A stretch of 64,000 nucleotides of DNA from Octopus vulgaris (lineage: Eukaryota). Below are positions 58,685-64,000 of the stretch, piece after piece. Each line of letters opens with the position of its first letter. Position 1 is the stretch's first letter. The notes under the pieces are model-generated. The model saw nothing but the letters and a program-made list of their open reading frames with translations. It was not told the origin of the DNA and ran no database searches. The position numbers and the translations under genes are program-made. The stretch is from contig OX597825.1 in NCBI GenBank assembly GCA_951406725.2, positions 71,796,001-71,860,000 of the forward strand, read 5' to 3'.

Positions 58685-59371
58685 TTATACCCACATTTAT
58701 ACACACACATACGTATACAGTTATATATATATATATATATGAAGTGTATATGTATGTGTGTGCGTGTTTGAGTGTGTATAAATGTATGCATACACATATG
58801 CATGCATACATATTTATATACATATATATACACATATACATATATATATATGTATATTCATGTATATTCATGTATATACATGCATATACACAGGAATATA
58901 TTTATATACATACGCATAAATATATTTATGCATATATGTATATATATTTATATGTGTATATATATATATATGCATATACATATGTATATATATATATAAA
59001 CGTATATATATAATGAGAGAGAGCGTGAGAGAGAGCGCGAGAGATACATGCATGCATAAATACATACATACATACATACATGCATGCATGCATGCATGCA
59101 TAGCTGCAAATATATATATATACATATTTCACTTTTCCACCATGTTTTATAACTGAAAGAAGTACGAATATGATAACTTACAGCATTAAGCTATTTCTCT
59201 ACAAGATTCGGTTATTTTCTCACAAGAATTAATTATATATTACAGTATAAGTTTATTGTTACCTTGCAATATTAAATTACCTCATTACAAATTTGTTATA
59301 AATTCTTTCTTTATAATTCTGAGTTATTTTCTTAACATCTTGAATAATTTCTTTATGTAATTCCTTAAATA

Positions 59372-59535
59372 TAGGCGTAGGAGTGGCTTTGTGGTAAGTT
59401 GCTTGCTTATCAACCTCATGGTTCCGGGTTCAGTCACCCTGTGTGGCACCTTGACCAAGTGTCTTCTACTATAGCCTCGGGCCGAACAAAGCCTTGTGAG
59501 TGGATTTGGTAGTCGGAAACTGAAAGAAGCCCGTC

Positions 59536-59587
<52 letters not shown>

Positions 59588-59815
59588 ATGTATGTATGTG
59601 TGTGTATATGTTTGTGTGTCCGTGTTTGTCCCCCCAACGCGGCTTGACAACCGATGCTGGTGTGTTTACGTACCCGTAACTTAGCGGTTCGGCAAAATAT
59701 ACCGATAGAATAAGTACTAGGCTTACAAAGAATAAGTCCTGGGGTCGATTTGCTCGACTAAGGGCGGTGTTCCAGCATGGCCACAGTCAAATGACTGAAA
59801 CAAGTAAAAGATTAA
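59372..59815 (+). mobile_element. SINE family A
   Basis: Full-length copy. Confidence 0.9.
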
Positions 59816-60190
59816 ATAATTCGCAACAATATTCTTTTTTATCTTTATTTTCTTACATAAGGCGGCGAGCTGGCAGAACCGTTAGCACGACAGGTAAACT
59901 GTTTTGTGGCACTTCGTCCGTCGCTACATTCCAAGTTGAAATACCGCCGAGGTCGATTTTACCTTTCATCTTTTCAATGACGATAAAATAAAATGCTGGC
60001 CTGGCGCTAAAATTTGAAACCGATATTTATTTTTTACAGTTATTACCATCTCTGTTCAATTAAATTGTCTTTATTTTCACTATCTCTCCTTCTTCATGAC
60101 AATTGTATGACTTTTTTGCTAATGTGACGAATCGTGTTGTTTTTTTTTTATTTTAATCATTCTTTTCTTTTTATGATTTTGTTTTTGCAG

Positions 60191-60249
60191 GAGTTGACTT
60201 GTCACTACTAGTTCACCAGGCACGAATAAATCGTACTACGACACTTTGA
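60191..60249 (+). CDS. Candidate terminal coding exon (GVDLSLLVHQARINRTTTL*), ending in a class I PDZ-binding-like motif
   Basis: Strong acceptor (long T-rich tract ...gattttgtttttgcAG). Phase 1 matches the 43414 donor. TGA at 60247-60249, followed by SINE-free UTR-like sequence. Confidence 0.55.
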
Positions 60250-61096
60250 TCTTCAACCAAAACTCTGACTAAAGAGATAGATAAACGAATAAATAAATAA
60301 ACAGCAAAAAAAAAAGAAAATCAACACACAAAAATCTAAAAAATAAAATTATTCCACATCATCGTATATTATTTACAGTTTACCTGTGTCTTCTTCAACC
60401 TCATCTTAATAATTTTCCAAGAAAAAGTTTTCTATTGCATATTCTAGATGCGTTATCTTCGAGTTTTTGAGTCACCATAACACATTTAACTACGCAGTTG
60501 ATTCATGCTTTAACTTCTTCCTTCGAAACTTTCTCACATATATAAAATATATATATAAATATATATATATATATACGTGTATATATGTGTGTATATATAG
60601 CACTGAAAATAAAAAAAATTATGGAAAAGGAAGAAAACAAATGTTAAATATATTTTTTAAAATTCACATTTGATCTACGATATGTTACTATAGTGAGTTT
60701 GATCGCTCTTCCATCTTGATCTCCCACTCCACCTCAGTCTCCTATCGTTAAGTGTCATTCATCTGATCCTCAACTCTGTATCTGCAGCCAGATCTTATTT
60801 TCTTTTTTACTCCCTCCATCGTTCACGTGATCTGACAAAACGCTCGCTTTTGATCCATCCACTGCCATGTTAAATACATCATCAGCAACATTATCAACAC
60901 AACGGCGATAGCACAGCGATGAAAAGAACATCATTATTATCATCATCATCAACAGCAGCAACAACAACTACAACAAAGCCAATAAGTAGACGAAGAGATG
61001 TAAAAGAAAAGGGACAAAAACGAAAACACGAAACAAACAGACCCCTACGTTACCCAGCGTCCTTTTATCGTTACCATCTCACTCTGATGTCCGTAA

Positions 61097-61132
<36 letters not shown>

Positions 61133-62489
61133 GGAAATAGACTTCACACTCACGGGCACCCCGACTTATATACATACATATACACATATTTCTGTACACA
61201 CATATATATATATATATATACATATCTATTTATACATACATATATATGTTTATACATACATACATACACACTCACGCACGAATATATATACATACACACA
61301 CGTGCGTGTACGTATATTTGTGTATAGAATGACACTGAGGAAATCCATTTACTTTTGATTGATCGCTGCAACTTATCTTGATTTTAGTCAGATTTTGAGC
61401 CCTACAAAGGGGAGATAATTAACCAAGATTTATTCACTTCTATCCTCACACTCTCCCCCCTTTCCTCTTCCTCCTGCTGTTGCTGCTCTTCTTGCTTTTG
61501 TTGTTTTTTTACTTTGCTTTTTCTTCTCTCCGTTCGCAACAACGGACGGCTAGGGGGAAAAAAAGAATAGAAAAGAAAAAGAAAGACAGAAAGAAAGAAG
61601 AAAAGAAACCAAGCTTTTGAAATGTCATTGGTTATTTTCAATCCGCCATTTTCACATCGGAGTTGTTGAACAAAGACAACAGCAACAACAACAACGACAA
61701 CAAAAAGACAAGAACAATTGCAACAATAATATCAGTTTCATTACAGAGATCACTACACCGCCGCAACTACCACCACCAACACCACCATAAACAACAATAT
61801 CAATAACAACAACGAGAACAAGAACACTAATAATAAACAGCAATAATAAATAATTCCACCAACAACGCTACCATCAATAACAATAACAACAACAGTGGTT
61901 AGAACAACTATAAGGAAAAAAAACCCCAGAAAGATGAGATAGGTTGTCAACAAGAGCAATCCTTAGAACTACGTCAATTTCCACTTAACGAACCGTGACA
62001 ACACGAGACCTCAATCCATTACCGTTATCACCAACATCATCATCATCATCATTATAACCACCATCACTACTGTCACTACCGTCAGCATCATCATCACTAC
62101 CATCATAACGAACATAGTTTCTACCATCATCAACCCCATTGCTACCATCAGCCTACAGCGCTATTACAATCACCGACGTGTTTCTTTTCTTGGTGTTTTA
62201 GTTTTTAAAGAATTAATCTTGATTTTTAATTTTAAATATAAAATTTTAAATTAAATAATAATGATAATAATGATTAGCGAAAACTCTGCAACAACGCATT
62301 TTTAAAAGGATAAAATTTTAATCACTGCTTTCAATTGTTTCTTTTGATCAAATAACGGTCCGTTAGTATCCGTCTGATACCAAATAATGGTCTGAGATAC
62401 AGTTTCTCTTACGTCCACTTTAGTTACTTATTTATCTATCTATTTATTTATTTATTTGGTTATTTATTTATTTATTATTATTATTATTA

Positions 62490-62522
<33 letters not shown>

Positions 62523-62610
62523 GCTTTTATTATTTCCCACAATTGAATTCTGTAACAGTTATCAATACAGGCTTTAAAATCTTTCTATTTCGCGGAAGAG
62601 GATATTGTCG

Positions 62611-62645
<35 letters not shown>

Positions 62646-62670
62646 AGAGAGAGAGAGATACTATATATTT

Positions 62671-62705
<35 letters not shown>

Positions 62706-62859
62706 ATATTATATTATATTATATTATATAATAATATATATATTATATATACATAATATATTATATAATATATATATATATATATATTTAATACGCACTA
62801 ATTGGATGGAGTACTGTTGATTGTAACAGTAATGAACAATACTCTATAATATAATATAT

Positions 62860-62897
<38 letters not shown>

Positions 62898-63136
62898 CGT
62901 GCATATTCGGTTCCGTTGCATATTTCTTGTACACATTTGATTTAGGTTCAGTTCAGATCACCCTAGCGAAGACTTAAGAATTAATTAAATATATATTAGG
63001 TAATAAATAAATTAATAAATACATGAACACAAAAAAAAAAAATTAGGCCAATATTTGGAGTGATTTCTACTAGTGGAGTTCATGCCACGCTTTGAATTCT
63101 CATTTAGCTACATTTCTGGCAAAACAAAATAATAAC

Positions 63137-63187
<51 letters not shown>

Positions 63188-63190
63188 CGT
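60250..63190 (+). other. Putative long 3' UTR
   Basis: About 3 kb downstream of the stop with no recognisable SINE copies, unlike the rest of the window. Several AATAAA (about 60280, 63002, 63182). True end unknown. Confidence 0.3.
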
Positions 63191-63252
63191 TAAAATTTCC
63201 CTTCTCACTTCTTAAGAAAACGTTCCCTTTCTTTAATCATCCATCACATTAC

Positions 63253-63337
<85 letters not shown>

Positions 63338-63643
63338 AATTGATGCTACTGCTTATATTCTGATTCAAAAAATAAGCTGATTTTATAGAGAAAGAGGCAA
63401 AGTAAAATGAGAATGAAAATGGAAATGGAAATGAAATGATTGAATTGTCACGTGGCTTACTTTGCATGTGACGTCAGAAATGTGGAGTGAGAAGTGAGAG
63501 AGAAAAGCCACTCCCCGCCACAACGCACAGTAGTCACTTGAAAGGGCGTGAGGAGAATAGAAGACAGGATCTCGATATATATTTATACAAATATACATAT
63601 ACACAGACATACACACATACACACTCATACATACATACATACA

Positions 63644-63677
<34 letters not shown>

Positions 63678-63879
63678 CACACGCACACACATATATACAT
63701 CTATATAAACGTACATATCTATATTCATGCATATTTCATGCATGCACACATATTCGGATATGTAGACAGACTGAAAGACTGACAGAGAGAACGATAGATA
63801 GACAGACAGACAGAGGGACGGGCAGACAGGCAGACGGACAGAAAGATAGATAGACAGACAGACAGATAGACAGACAGAT

Positions 63880-63911
<32 letters not shown>

Positions 63912-63924
63912 AGATATACAGACG

Positions 63925-63989
<65 letters not shown>

Positions 63990-64000
63990 GTGAGCAGACC

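Overview
AT-rich, microsatellite-saturated animal DNA. The tRNA-derived SINEs and the (TA)n/(TACA)n/(TCTA)n load suggest an octopus genome (inference, not verified). Almost all ORFs in the supplied track are microsatellite artefacts. The window reads as mostly intronic sequence at the 3' end of one unidentified + strand gene. Candidate phase-compatible exons at 25038-25085, 43338-43414 and 60191-60249 give ...[60 protein letters not shown], with possible alternative last exons at 50498 and 53802. The introns hold many SINE copies of several families, two decayed Tc1/mariner transposons, a nested piggyBac-type MITE, a Helitron 3' end and two Dong/R4 LINE fragments. They also hold several short element families embedded in (TA)n. 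The standout observation is that unrelated (TA)n-embedded elements carry type I hammerhead ribozyme folds: one fully canonical (52227-52332), two near-canonical (56368-56428, 56827-56919), a minimal variant in two copies (43774-43812, 40192-40232) and several decayed ones. Most of the best-preserved ones lie on the + strand inside the putative last intron. All folds and alignments were done by eye.
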